Part shown: one piece after another, positions 29,072 to 39,154 of the stretch
How positions within the stretch are numbered: position 1 is the stretch's first letter
Layout: each line of letters begins with the position of its first letter
Origin: a virus
Lineage: Duplodnaviria; Caudoviricetes
IMG/VR virus record: IMGVR_UViG_2565956686_000002
Span: 24,656-88,655 of that record
Reading direction: 5' to 3' (one strand)
DNA length: 64,000 nucleotides
Position numbers and translations under genes: made by a program
The notes under the pieces: model-generated
Databases searched by the model: none
What the model was told of the DNA's origin: nothing
The model's input: only the letters and a program-made list of their open reading frames with translations

Positions 29072-30304
29072 ATGAAAACAGCAGCTCATATTAATTTATC
29101 TGGTGATCGTCCGAATCGTTGGGGGGCAGTGAAAGGCAATTTATCTGATCAGACAGATTTAAAGGAAGCCTTACAAGGCAAAACAGGTCAAGAAGAAACA
29201 ACTGCATTAGCTGAAAACTTAAATCAAGTACAAGCTTTGGCTCAAACGAACGAGCTAAAAATTGGTACAAAAGCAGATCAAATTGATTTAGAAACGACAC
29301 AAGTTCAAATTGAAAATAATCGTTTAGCTATACTCACGAAAGCTGATATTCAAGCTTTAGCGTTACTGACTCAATTAGTTGATACAAAAGCAGATCAAGC
29401 ATATGTTAATCAGCAGATTGCTGATCTAGTTGGGTCAGCTCCAGAAGCTTTAAACACAGTTTACGAGCTTGCAGCTGCTATACAAAATAATCAAAGCATA
29501 ATTGATACACTCAATCTATCAGTAGCGAATCGCATTCGATTTGATATTGCGACGCAAGCGCTAACTGAACTTCAAAAGCAAAATGCGCGTACAAATATTG
29601 GTGCAGAAAAGCTTGGGACAGCTCAGGAACTGGTTAGTCAAATCACAGCACAAAGCTTAGGCGCAGCTACAGCTGCCCAAGGTTCAAAAGCTGATAGTGC
29701 TTTACAGAGTGCAGATGTCGCAACAGTCGCATTAACAGGGCTATTTTCCAGCTTAGCAAGTCAAAACAAAATCTTTGATGTGATATTCAATACTTACGCC
29801 TTAGGTTCGAATGCTGAAATATCTGCTTCGGATACGCTTGGGCAAATGCTTGGAAAAATCCAAGCACAAATTAAGAATATAGGGAATGGAAGCAGTGGTT
29901 TTAATTGGGTCAATGCGGATCAAATATCTGGACTCACTTTGACGGCACCGGTTCAGCACAGATCATTAAAATTTGCAAAAAAAGATGGGATGCTTTGGAT
30001 TTGTGGCTGCTTATATGTTTCAGGTACAACGCAGCCATCAACTAAGTTTTTCAATATTTCAAATGCTGGCTATATGGTTGAACAACACTTGACTAATATT
30101 TTTGGAGCTGAGTCACAAGTTGCAGTATGCAACGCTAATATTTATTGGAGTAATCCAGGTAATGCTCCTACTAACACAAATTCATTGGCAATGTTCTATG
30201 TGTTAAATACTGACTTATATTTAAAGCTGCCCGTTACATTTAATTCATTTGGTGGATGGATTGCATTTAATCCAACCCCAATTGGGCGTTTAGTTAATCC
30301 TTAA
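29072..30304 (+). CDS. Fibre protein
   Basis: WGAVKGNLSDQTDL, TKAD repeats, LVGSAPEALNTVYELAAA. Confidence 0.7.
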   Translation: MKTAAHINLSGDRPNRWGAVKGNLSDQTDLKEALQGKTGQEETTALAENLNQVQALAQTNELKIGTKADQIDLETTQVQIENNRLAILTKADIQALALLTQLVDTKADQAYVNQQIADLVGSAPEALNTVYELAAAIQNNQSIIDTLNLSVANRIRFDIATQALTELQKQNARTNIGAEKLGTAQELVSQITAQSLGAATAAQGSKADSALQSADVATVALTGLFSSLASQNKIFDVIFNTYALGSNAEISASDTLGQMLGKIQAQIKNIGNGSSGFNWVNADQISGLTLTAPVQHRSLKFAKKDGMLWICGCLYVSGTTQPSTKFFNISNAGYMVEQHLTNIFGAESQVAVCNANIYWSNPGNAPTNTNSLAMFYVLNTDLYLKLPVTFNSFGGWIAFNPTPIGRLVNP

Positions 30305-30312
30305 TAGTGTTT

Positions 30313-30352
30313 CGGAACTGATAAGAATAAAATTAGATTTTTCTTTGAAAAT
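30313..30352 (+). promoter_or_regulatory. Putative late promoter (CGGAAC...GAAAAT)
   Basis: Variant motif, +38 spacing. Confidence 0.5.
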
Positions 30353-30385
30353 ATCCATATCAAATCGTTTGAAGTAATAAAGACA

Positions 30386-30688
30386 ATGACCTATTTAGTT
30401 TTCAATGAAACAGGGAAAAGTACAGGTGATAAGGAAATGGTTGGACAATGTACGTCAGCCATTTTTAATTACCAGGTGCTTGGTGCTGGTGCAGTGGTTG
30501 ATTTTTTCGGTAGTAATCATCCTAGTCCAAGTATTGATAATGAGGAACACTGGTCCCCAATAGTAACAATTACCGCAGGTGTTCCAGATACGGAACCTTT
30601 TCGGCAACATGCGTGGGATAAATTGCGATTTGTCGTCATGGCTGGTACCGATGTAGAAATTTATGTTTCTAGTGGTGTGTCTGGATAA
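30386..30688 (+). CDS. Small virion protein (possible decoration)
   Basis: Beta-rich 100 aa, own promoter and terminator. Confidence 0.55.
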   Translation: MTYLVFNETGKSTGDKEMVGQCTSAIFNYQVLGAGAVVDFFGSNHPSPSIDNEEHWSPIVTITAGVPDTEPFRQHAWDKLRFVVMAGTDVEIYVSSGVSG

Positions 30689-30710
30689 TCAACAAATTAC
30701 TACTTATATG

Positions 30711-30738
30711 AGTCCATCAATCATGATGGACTTTTTTT
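30711..30738 (+). terminator. Intrinsic terminator
   Basis: AGTCCATCA/TGATGGACT plus T tract. Confidence 0.75.
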
Positions 30739-30764
30739 ATTTTTATCATTTCTTAATTTGCTAT

Positions 30765-30804
30765 TGGAACTCCATAAATTCGACATTTTTCAACATGCGA
30801 AATT
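30765..30804 (+). promoter_or_regulatory. Putative late promoter of capsid gene
   Basis: TTGGAAC, CGAAAT(T) at +37/38, hairpin GAAATTAGGTT/AACCTATTTC. Confidence 0.6.
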
Positions 30805-30845
30805 AGGTTATCAATTTTCAAAAACCTATTTCAAAGGTGAAAAAA

Positions 30846-32609
30846 ATGTCAGTTTTATCTGATCCTCAAAGTGCACTTTATCAAGCGCAATTAGCAGCTA
30901 CTACACAATGCCAAAACTATTTTTATAAAAATGGTGAAGCTGGTTTTGACAGTGTGAATCATATGGCTGAGACTCGACCAACTGCATTAAATGAAATTTT
31001 AAATATTGTTGGCTTTGATAGTGCAGCAGATGTTGATAATGCGATTAAAGTTGGACTCTCACAATATCAATATTGTCATGGTGGTGATTTACCACATGCA
31101 TCCGTGTTGGCCACTGCTTTAGATGCTGGTTTATGCATGGCAAAAAAAGTAAGCGGTTTTACTGGTACACATAAACAAAATCTTGAACAATTAGAATCAG
31201 GATTCGATGATGTAAGTAATACACATCATGAGTCTGTCAGTATTGTGCCAGCTATGACCGTTGCAACGATTGCAACGTTAATTGCCTTTGCTTCTCCCAT
31301 TATTGCCTATATTCCGAATAGCAATGGTTCGAATGAAGTGCCGATTGTTGCAGCGCGATTTACTACTGATCGTGCTTTTGGTGCGATGGCAAAAGGTGAG
31401 TATTTGGATGGTGTAAATGCATCTAAACCATACTCTGAAGGTCGTTTCCGTTTTGTGTTGGATAATGGTGGTGCAGGTACAACCTATTCAACAACTGCAC
31501 GTACAAAATATGCGAATTATGCAGATAAAACACCAGACGTAAATGCACCATTATTACCTTTTATCGGTGGCAGTATCTCGATTCGCATCAACGGGAAAGA
31601 AGTTGCGCACACACGTAACCGCAGTAAGTCGAAATTGGCTGGTCAAATTTCTGCAATTACTGAGAAATCAGCAAAAATCGCAGGTGCTGAATATAGCGTG
31701 ACTGCAAGTACAATTAACTTGGATGACAGCACAATCTCAGTAACCTTCAACCAAGCATTGCCGAATGGTGTAAAAGCGGAAGTGTTCTTGGTCGCTGATT
31801 ATGAAGCGAAAGACGTAAATAATAAGTTTAAGCTTGATCCTGTTGGTATCAGTATTTCGCCTGAATATGAAACGATGGTGAGTTCACCAATTGTCACTCA
31901 AATCCATGCATCAAAATTATTAGTGAATCAGATCACTAATGAGTTGAATATCGGCTTTGTTGGAACCGCATTGTCATTAATGCAAGGCAAAATTTATCTT
32001 GAGCAAACAGTGCGACTACTTGGCGAAGGCAAAGAACGTGCACAATACAATGATCGTGAATTTACGTTCGATGCAAGCCGTGGTGTTGCTGGTAATTTAG
32101 CTGCTGCATATAACACTTCGGGGGACTTGTTTGGCGAGCTAATGAAGTATATTGAAGCTGCAAAAATTGGGATTGTACAAGATTCAGGTGGTGCAACCGT
32201 AGGCTTTGATTTGTACGTCGGTGATAGTGCAAAAGTGTTCTTTGCTCAATTATCGGCTGACAAAATGCCAGTCAAAACAGGTGCCACGGCTGGTCATGGT
32301 CAAATCGTGCGAATTGGTACTTTAGCTGATGGTACCAACGTTTATCATTTGCCAACCTCTGCTGGTGTTCTGGTTGAATCTGATCAAACTTTTGAGATGG
32401 AGTTAGTTGGTCGTGGCAGTGAACCTGTACGCAATCCGCTTGTCGGCTTCATTGAAATGCCATTAACCGTGAGTGAGGCAACGCCTGATCCGCGTGAAAG
32501 CTTACTTGCTTTGATCGGTTCTCAAGCTGCTGAATTAAATCCACTCGACCGTTATGCAGATCAGTTTGCATTACTCAAAGCAATCAATATGCCACGATTA
32601 AAAAGTTAA
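30846..32609 (+). CDS. Major capsid protein (P1 gp23-like)
   Basis: Size, FGAMAKGEYLDG..YSEGRFRF segment resembles recalled P1 gp23; strong terminator downstream. Confidence 0.8.
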   Translation: MSVLSDPQSALYQAQLAATTQCQNYFYKNGEAGFDSVNHMAETRPTALNEILNIVGFDSAADVDNAIKVGLSQYQYCHGGDLPHASVLATALDAGLCMAKKVSGFTGTHKQNLEQLESGFDDVSNTHHESVSIVPAMTVATIATLIAFASPIIAYIPNSNGSNEVPIVAARFTTDRAFGAMAKGEYLDGVNASKPYSEGRFRFVLDNGGAGTTYSTTARTKYANYADKTPDVNAPLLPFIGGSISIRINGKEVAHTRNRSKSKLAGQISAITEKSAKIAGAEYSVTASTINLDDSTISVTFNQALPNGVKAEVFLVADYEAKDVNNKFKLDPVGISISPEYETMVSSPIVTQIHASKLLVNQITNELNIGFVGTALSLMQGKIYLEQTVRLLGEGKERAQYNDREFTFDASRGVAGNLAAAYNTSGDLFGELMKYIEAAKIGIVQDSGGATVGFDLYVGDSAKVFFAQLSADKMPVKTGATAGHGQIVRIGTLADGTNVYHLPTSAGVLVESDQTFEMELVGRGSEPVRNPLVGFIEMPLTVSEATPDPRESLLALIGSQAAELNPLDRYADQFALLKAINMPRLKS

Positions 32610-32615
32610 TCGTAT

Positions 32616-32649
32616 ATGACAAAGGCGCTTAAGTGCGCCTTTGTCATTT
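32616..32649 (+). terminator. Intrinsic terminator-like hairpin
   Basis: ATGACAAAGGCGC/GCGCCTTTGTCAT. Confidence 0.75.
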
Positions 32650-32681
32650 CTATCTAATTTATAACAAAATGGTGAAATACG

Positions 32682-33257
32682 ATGGCTGATGTAAATGAAG
32701 TAAAACCAAAACAACGTAGTCAAAAACCAAAAGCAGTTGAACCAGTTCAACAGGTTGCTAATCAAAATACATCTAATGGAGAAAATACTCCAAAAGACAC
32801 TGATATTGATGTGAAAGACAATGCAGCTAAAACGGAAGACGCAAATTCTAATAGTGAAGCTGCAAAAGCAGAAACATCATCTTCACAGGCTGAAATTCAG
32901 CAAGTAGAGCAAAAAAAAGAAGCTGGTGAAAGTTCAGACGCAAATGCTTCCGAATTAAATCAAGATCCTAATAAAGATGCTACGCCGTCTACTGAATCTG
33001 ATCCAAAGCCTAACAACGAAAATATTGTTGTAGAAAAAGCAGCCACTCCAGAATTAACTGAACCTAAAGGATTGGTTATCGAAGTTAAAAACAGTGGTGT
33101 CAAATCGGTTTATGAACCGCTTACAAAGACATCAATTAATGCAGGTCAGACGGTTCAAATTGCCTGTGCAAATTTAATGGTAAAGCAGGGTGTGCTTAAT
33201 AACATTAAGCAATTTAAAGACCTTGGCAAAAACTTAGAGGTTTTAAGCAATGACTGA
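32682..33257 (+). CDS. Hypothetical protein with low-complexity N-terminus
   Basis: ORF; C-terminal VYEPLT module shared with next ORF (IVEPLT). Confidence 0.65.
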   Translation: MADVNEVKPKQRSQKPKAVEPVQQVANQNTSNGENTPKDTDIDVKDNAAKTEDANSNSEAAKAETSSSQAEIQQVEQKKEAGESSDANASELNQDPNKDATPSTESDPKPNNENIVVEKAATPELTEPKGLVIEVKNSGVKSVYEPLTKTSINAGQTVQIACANLMVKQGVLNNIKQFKDLGKNLEVLSND

Positions 33258-33516
33258 GTTCAATGGAACAAATCCGCTTCTTGATGCGTTAGGTGATCAG
33301 CCTACAATTCGAGATGTCACAATCAACAACAATACCAGCTTCAAAATCGTTGAGCCGTTGACTGGTTTACAGATTCAAACTGAGACTATTGTTCGGGTGC
33401 ATGGTGAAGTTGCATTTCAGCAAATTCAAAACAATATTGTCCAGCTCAATGAACTTAAACAAGAAGAAGCAGTCACGAGCACAGACGTTATTGTGAATGA
33501 GGAAACTGCTCAATAG
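33250..33516 (+). CDS. Hypothetical virion protein
   Basis: GAGG RBS. Confidence 0.6.
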   Translation: MTEFNGTNPLLDALGDQPTIRDVTINNNTSFKIVEPLTGLQIQTETIVRVHGEVAFQQIQNNIVQLNELKQEEAVTSTDVIVNEETAQ

Positions 33517-33519
33517 ACA

Positions 33520-34050
33520 TTGACCAACTGCGCGATTTCAAATGGTGTGCTGAGCTATACGGGAGGCTTAGCACTTGAAGAAGGGAATACGTCTGCTGAA
33601 CTGTTACCTTCTCTATTTGCAACAAAGCCTTTTAATGCTGGTGAGGAATTACAATTTACTGTAAATCCAAATACGACAAAGAAATTACTGATTGCATTTG
33701 ATTTAGGTCCGAAAATCGGTGAGTTTAGTGATGGATCTGCTGTTGTAAAAGAGCGCCCTGATATTCAGAGAATTCAGTTGTTTAGTGGCCGATCTGCACC
33801 ACAAGGCAATATTGATACAACAGCTTTAACAAGTAGTTATATTGTTGGAATGAAATTGCTCACTGATAAGCAGGCATTGCTCACAATCAAAGATGCTAGT
33901 ACAGAACAAGAATTGGCTAGTTTAATTGTTGAAGCACCAAATTTCTGGGCTGGACATTTTACCCGAATTTGGATTTATGCAGAACTTGAAAACATTGAAT
34001 CTGTATTTAGTTTACCTTTTGCGGTTCCGAATTCGAATTCTGGAAAATAA
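33520..34050 (+). CDS. Hypothetical beta-rich protein
   Basis: ORF with TTG start, possibly read-through partner of upstream gene (same frame). Confidence 0.5.
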   Translation: MTNCAISNGVLSYTGGLALEEGNTSAELLPSLFATKPFNAGEELQFTVNPNTTKKLLIAFDLGPKIGEFSDGSAVVKERPDIQRIQLFSGRSAPQGNIDTTALTSSYIVGMKLLTDKQALLTIKDASTEQELASLIVEAPNFWAGHFTRIWIYAELENIESVFSLPFAVPNSNSGK

Positions 34051-34065
34051 CATTCTGCGAAATTG

Positions 34066-34091
34066 AAAACTCTGCTTATGCAGAGTTTTTT
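34066..34091 (+). terminator. Intrinsic terminator
   Basis: AAAACTCTGC/GCAGAGTTTT. Confidence 0.75.
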
Positions 34092-34093
34092 AT

Positions 34094-34133
34094 TGGAACA
34101 TTCAAAAATCTGAATTTTGGCAAAGCGCAAAAT
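34094..34133 (+). promoter_or_regulatory. Putative late promoter (TGGAAC...CAAAAT)
   Basis: +38 spacing, right after terminator. Confidence 0.65.
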
Positions 34134-34163
34134 AACTAAAACGTTTAGCCAAAGGCAAACAAA

Positions 34164-34426
34164 GTGAACACAACAAAGATATTAGGTGAGGCTGTTGGCA
34201 TACAAAGCCAAGGCACAGTAGATAAGACCGAAACACAAACTAAAGAAGGGCTAACCTCAGCCTTAATTGTTGGTCGATTTAAGCGTGGTCGAGTAGATAA
34301 GCCAATGACCATCCATCAAGGTAATATTCGCGGTCAATTGGGCTATGAGCCAACAAATATTGATTATCAAGCTGTACAGGATTGCTTAGATACTGGTGTG
34401 CCAAGTATCCAAGTTTTACGTGTCGG
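34164..34426. repeat. 263-bp direct repeat copy 1
   Basis: 16 mismatches (hand count) versus 54763-55025. Confidence 0.92.
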
Positions 34427-34451
34427 GCCAACTTTAGATATGCCAGGTTAA
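34164..34451 (+). CDS. Tail sheath N-terminal module (split sheath, part 1)
   Basis: LGEAVGI...IVGRFKRG..KP.....N....LG...QVLRV is typical of sheath N-termini. Confidence 0.65.
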   Translation: MNTTKILGEAVGIQSQGTVDKTETQTKEGLTSALIVGRFKRGRVDKPMTIHQGNIRGQLGYEPTNIDYQAVQDCLDTGVPSIQVLRVGPTLDMPG

Positions 34452-34461
34452 TGGAGCCATT

Positions 34462-35745
34462 ATGACAAATTTAAAATTAACCAGTAATGGAGCTTTGATA
34501 CTGGGTGGCAATGGCGCTGCGGTATTAAGCTTGTTTTTTGATACCTATAGTTATCTAAAAGATACAGATATTGAAGTCGCATTTTTTAGTAAAGTCACTA
34601 CGCCGACTTCACTATTAGACATCACCATGCGTTTGCGAATCATCGATTCAACCACTGGTGATGAAGTGATTAAAATTCAGGGTGTCGTTGATGGGGATCC
34701 TGAAAATCCAGCAACGATTATTGCGGTTGCAGACGCTACTGAACAATTTGAACAATTTGAATTGCATATCAATGATGCTTTAAGTGCAATTTTATTGAGT
34801 AGTGCATTCAATCCAGTGAATAGTTTAGGACGTAAGACTGAGATTCTATCGTTACCAGATGAAGAACCAGACACTTTTAACGCTGATCAAACTTATACAC
34901 TGATTACCAATTTAGTGGATAAGCCAGCTTATTTAGCATTGCCAACTGTCATTGAAATAGATGTATACGTGGCCTTATTACGTGTGGCTGAAAAATTAAA
35001 TATTCCACTCGATGTTGAGGTTGACTCAACTATGACAGCGGAACAAGTCGCTCTATTTGCTGAAAGTTTAGATGCCCAAACACATCAAGTTCAATTGATT
35101 TGGTCGCCGAATATATGCCGTCCACGAGATGCCATTTCATTACGGGGACGTAAAATTCCAGCTCGGTACATTGGTCAATACATTGGTGACAAGCTGCTGC
35201 GTAATGCTCGAACGAATGCTCAAGGTTTTGCACCTATTCATTATGCCGTCGCTTGGAAAGACTATCCTTTTAAGAAAAAGGCTTTAGAGCTTCGTCCAGA
35301 TGTTGTCCTCGATGAACCAACTTTGGAAATGCTTGCTCAAGCAAAAGTGAATGTCGTTCGTCCAATTAAGTTTGAGCGTGTCTTGTATGTCTTAAGTGAT
35401 GTGCTTACTCAGCGTCAAAGTAAAAATAGTGCATTGCGCTTGGTGAATGCTGCTGAAATTGCTATGCGCACCAAAAATGATGTTGTCGACATTCTAAAGA
35501 ATCATATGTTGAAACCAACTGAAGATTATTTAGATAAAGCGAGTAAGGAAATAGACAAATATTTGTCTGACGCTGCGACTTCGGGCTGGTTAAAACCTGC
35601 TGAAGATTTGGATGGAAAACCTTTCGCATTCAGCTTAATTCCTGACAAAGATTATCCATTTGAACGAGTTCGTTTGTATTTGGCACGCCGTCCAGAAGGC
35701 GCGACCCGTGCTGTGATCTTTGATGAAGATGTATTAGTTAAATAA
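34462..35745 (+). CDS. Tail sheath protein (main part)
   Basis: LAQAKVNVV, SDVLT, RPEGATRA C-terminal pattern; own GGAG RBS. Confidence 0.7.
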   Translation: MTNLKLTSNGALILGGNGAAVLSLFFDTYSYLKDTDIEVAFFSKVTTPTSLLDITMRLRIIDSTTGDEVIKIQGVVDGDPENPATIIAVADATEQFEQFELHINDALSAILLSSAFNPVNSLGRKTEILSLPDEEPDTFNADQTYTLITNLVDKPAYLALPTVIEIDVYVALLRVAEKLNIPLDVEVDSTMTAEQVALFAESLDAQTHQVQLIWSPNICRPRDAISLRGRKIPARYIGQYIGDKLLRNARTNAQGFAPIHYAVAWKDYPFKKKALELRPDVVLDEPTLEMLAQAKVNVVRPIKFERVLYVLSDVLTQRQSKNSALRLVNAAEIAMRTKNDVVDILKNHMLKPTEDYLDKASKEIDKYLSDAATSGWLKPAEDLDGKPFAFSLIPDKDYPFERVRLYLARRPEGATRAVIFDEDVLVK

Positions 35746-35758
35746 ATAGGTGATAACA

Positions 35759-36535
35759 ATGTTTGGCGCAAAAAATCCGTTTAATTTAAAACCACAAGAA
35801 AATGTATTACGCGACTTTGATTCTGCTGCAGCTGGAATTACAAGTAGCGTGAATACATTGACTAGTTCAATTCGTGAAGAACTTTCATTTATTGAGCACG
35901 TTCGAGAAATGGCTTTGAATATCGTATCTGATCTAGTTGATGCGGTTATTGACAATACTTTAGATGACAATGAATTGCCGACTGACCGTCTTGATTTTCT
36001 TATTCTGGATGCCTTAGATGGTGCAGATGATGAAAATGGTACGTTGGAAAATGCATTAGTTGCTTCCATTGATGATGCACTTTCAAGTTTTGGTGTAGAT
36101 GACTCAGTGATTGCTGAAATCTTTAGCGATAATATTGAAGCTGCTGATGCTGCAATTGAAGCTGCTGCAAGCACAGTAATTGCCAATATGCCTGATGAGG
36201 GTGATCCATTAGATGAATTAGTACGTGAGTTTATCTATGGTGAACCAGACGAAGAAGATGGTTTTGACTCGGCTAGTGGTAAGAAAAAGCTTTCTCGTGG
36301 TCAGATGACGACGAAAAGTGTAGGTGGCCGTAAAGTGCGTTATAAAGCGATTGCAGCAATCCGTAATGGTGTTAAAAAGATCGTGAATAAGCGATTACCA
36401 GGTCAACGTATCCGTCTTTCAAGTGACCAAAAAGCTGGACTAAAGAAAGCGAGTTTAAAAGCGCGTTCAGCGAATTCATTGCGAAAACGTATGAAGTCGT
36501 TGCTTAAAGGTAAAAAGATTGGTCTATATAAATAA
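35759..36535 (+). CDS. Prohead core/scaffold-like protein
   Basis: Acidic body plus basic IRNG.KK...RLSSDQKAGLKKA tail. Confidence 0.6.
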   Translation: MFGAKNPFNLKPQENVLRDFDSAAAGITSSVNTLTSSIREELSFIEHVREMALNIVSDLVDAVIDNTLDDNELPTDRLDFLILDALDGADDENGTLENALVASIDDALSSFGVDDSVIAEIFSDNIEAADAAIEAAASTVIANMPDEGDPLDELVREFIYGEPDEEDGFDSASGKKKLSRGQMTTKSVGGRKVRYKAIAAIRNGVKKIVNKRLPGQRIRLSSDQKAGLKKASLKARSANSLRKRMKSLLKGKKIGLYK

Positions 36536-36552
36536 TCAATAGAATATAGATT

Positions 36553-36584
36553 AAAAAAAGGCTGCGAATATGCAGCCTTTTTTT
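36553..36584 (+). terminator. Intrinsic terminator
   Basis: AAAGGCTGC/GCAGCCTTT plus T tract. Confidence 0.8.
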
Positions 36585-36587
36585 ATT

Positions 36588-36628
36588 TGGAACAATGAGG
36601 AATTAGTCTTGGTTCAAGTGATCAGAAT
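36588..36628 (+). promoter_or_regulatory. Putative late promoter (TGGAAC...CAGAAT)
   Basis: +39 spacing. Confidence 0.7.
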
Positions 36629-36658
36629 ACTTATATCCAATAAGATTTGAGAATAACG

Positions 36659-37306
36659 ATGCGTCAAGTCAATCCAATGCTTTTAAATCAAATGAAGGCA
36701 GATTCGATAGCAATTCAGCAATTAGGTTCGCCGATTTTGTCATGCCAAGGCATGTTGGTCCCACAAGGTTTAGAAGATTACCGTTTTTTAATTAAAAGCT
36801 GTCCACGTCCAATTATTAGTAATGAAGATCCAGCGGAAGTCCAATATCCGGGTGGCTATACGGGGATTGTGGCTGGACCTCCTAAAACACATTACACAGG
36901 TAATTTACAATTACTGGTTACTGAAGCAGGGCACGATCAACTTTTTGCTGAATACATTGTGGCAAATAAAGGCATGATCAATTGTGATTATTATGATGGT
37001 CATGTCGCAAATTTTACCCGTGCATACTATCTGGAAAACTGTGCAATTCGATTTGAAATGGCCGAATTCGATACGGATAGTCGATCTCAAGTAATGACCG
37101 TTTCATGTCCGATTGATTTCAATTTCTTTGGTGGCTTCGCAAAAATTGGGAGTAATGGCACAGTATTACCTGGTCAGCGTGGAGTCGCTGGTATCGAAGG
37201 TCTAATTAACCGTGTTCAGAATGTCGTAAACGCTGCACAGTCAGCAACAAACTTAGCTCGTTCAGCGACTGGTGTAGCACGACAAATTGGTTCTTTATTT
37301 GGGTAA
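36659..37306 (+). CDS. Tail tube protein (P1 Tub-like)
   Basis: Recalled similarity to P1 tube; beta-rich. Confidence 0.65.
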   Translation: MRQVNPMLLNQMKADSIAIQQLGSPILSCQGMLVPQGLEDYRFLIKSCPRPIISNEDPAEVQYPGGYTGIVAGPPKTHYTGNLQLLVTEAGHDQLFAEYIVANKGMINCDYYDGHVANFTRAYYLENCAIRFEMAEFDTDSRSQVMTVSCPIDFNFFGGFAKIGSNGTVLPGQRGVAGIEGLINRVQNVVNAAQSATNLARSATGVARQIGSLFG

Positions 37307-37311
37307 CTGCT

Positions 37312-37758
37312 ATGCAATTGTTACCTGATGATGGCTCTCTATGTCCAAAGGTGATTGCTGGTTCTATCGAAGTACTAGCAACGACCTTTTATCAAAAATT
37401 ACAGATGAAAGGTTATTCACTTCTTATTGAAGATGTCACGAATGCTTTGGTAGAAGAAACAATGCGTTATGCAGGTTGGGCAAAGCTGACCTGTCAACGT
37501 GGTTCAACCAGTATTATCACGGTTGACAAGAACATTGTTCTTGAAGGTTTTGAGTGGGTCATTATTGAACCATGTCTAAGTGCAAACTGTGACTTGATTC
37601 AAGCGCAACTTGTCGAAGCTTCAAGAAGTATGGGCGGTGACGGCTTTGGCATGTCAGTGAGTGAAGCTGAACAAGCATATAATCAAGCAAAAGAGTTAAT
37701 GCCTAAAAATGCTTTTGTGGAACCTCCATTTAGTTTTAAAACTTTAGGGGGCAATTGA
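37312..37758 (+). CDS. Head-tail connector-like protein
   Basis: Helical 148 aa in morphogenesis operon. Confidence 0.45.
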   Translation: MQLLPDDGSLCPKVIAGSIEVLATTFYQKLQMKGYSLLIEDVTNALVEETMRYAGWAKLTCQRGSTSIITVDKNIVLEGFEWVIIEPCLSANCDLIQAQLVEASRSMGGDGFGMSVSEAEQAYNQAKELMPKNAFVEPPFSFKTLGGN

Positions 37759-38654
37759 TGCGAATTGCGATATTGGCAACCAATAAAATCATTTCTGCGT
37801 CTGAATTGATGATTGCAACACTAAGAACTGATCTTGTTCCTGTGCCTGTCAGTATCGAGTTTGCAGTCAAGTATACAAAGGAACTCAATGATCAATTGGT
37901 GGATGGGGCTGAAATCATAGTGAATGATATTCCATATCCATTTGAGATCGTTTACTCACATCCTGTTAAGTCTCAGACGATTAAAGATAATTCTCGAATT
38001 GGCGCGATTTCATGTATCGCCGTGTTCAAAGGCTGCAAAAAGATATTAGAGCAGACAAAAAAGGCTGTGATTTTGGAGCAGACTTCTTTTAATGCTGCAT
38101 ATCGTGCATGTGGTGCCTCTAATATTCGCTTGGGTGATGATATACCTTTACCTGAATTTATTTGTCTCAACGGTACCTTGATTTCAGAGCGTATAGCACT
38201 TTATTTACAACAAGAAGCTGCGGTGATTTGTTTCAAAGAAACAAAGATTTGTATTTTAAAACTCGATGCGCTTTTTAAACAAGTAGCCGTTCTGAAATTA
38301 GATCCTAGTGAAATCCAATGGTTTAACAGCGATCAAATTGAGAAGTTTCAAAAGTCCTCTTATGTCTCAGTTGATCAAGATGGTTCAACTGTTATTGGGG
38401 ACGATACGACGACAAAAGGACAATCAGTTGTTCAAAAAGCTGGTCTTGATGCACGACAGTTAAAGAATCTTGAAAAGGTACTAATTCCGCGTGGCGTGGT
38501 TCATCGTTCGTTAAGTCTTGAAGTAAACGCTGGCGATATAGTCGAAGTAGAACATAAGAAATATGTGATTTTGACAGCAGCTCATGAAGTAGAAACAGGT
38601 GCTATTGGTGGCAATGTCGGTTCAACAACAAAGCTTTGGTTAGCAAGTTTATAG
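37758..38654 (+). CDS. Baseplate hub-like protein
   Basis: Precedes spike gene; size and context. Confidence 0.5.
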   Translation: MRIAILATNKIISASELMIATLRTDLVPVPVSIEFAVKYTKELNDQLVDGAEIIVNDIPYPFEIVYSHPVKSQTIKDNSRIGAISCIAVFKGCKKILEQTKKAVILEQTSFNAAYRACGASNIRLGDDIPLPEFICLNGTLISERIALYLQQEAAVICFKETKICILKLDALFKQVAVLKLDPSEIQWFNSDQIEKFQKSSYVSVDQDGSTVIGDDTTTKGQSVVQKAGLDARQLKNLEKVLIPRGVVHRSLSLEVNAGDIVEVEHKKYVILTAAHEVETGAIGGNVGSTTKLWLASL

Positions 38655-39137
38655 GTGACGATGATGAACGGTTTTAAAAAAGCAAGAATCCTCAGTTACG
38701 ATGCGCAAAACCGAACTGCAAAGATTCATATACCCGGTCTTACCGATGGCGCAAGTACGGGCTTAACAGCAACTTTTGCTTATCCCGTTGGTGATAGTGA
38801 TAAAGATACTGAGCGCGAAATTTTAGAGGGAGAGGATGTTTATATCTTCTTTGAAAATAATGAGCAATCGCGTCCTGTCATCGCATTCTATAGCAGTCAT
38901 AGCAAAGGTGCGGTGGTCGATACACGCCGTATACGACAAGAGAATATCGAGCTTTTAGCGCGTAGCAAGGCAACCATTGAAGCGCCTTCAATTCATTTGA
39001 GAGGTGAAACGAAGATTACAGGCAACGAACAAGTCACTGGAAACGTCATCGTTGGTTCTGGTGCAACAGGCGTATTTTCAAATGTATTTGGGAAAACGCT
39101 AACCATAGCAGATGGCATTGTGATTCAAATTTCATAA
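38655..39137 (+). CDS. Baseplate spike (gpV/gp5 OB-fold)
   Basis: AKIHIPGL...EGEDVYIFFE...PVI and C-terminal beta-helix repeats. Confidence 0.75.
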   Translation: MTMMNGFKKARILSYDAQNRTAKIHIPGLTDGASTGLTATFAYPVGDSDKDTEREILEGEDVYIFFENNEQSRPVIAFYSSHSKGAVVDTRRIRQENIELLARSKATIEAPSIHLRGETKITGNEQVTGNVIVGSGATGVFSNVFGKTLTIADGIVIQIS

Positions 39138-39154
39138 AATTTTAAAGGTGATGT

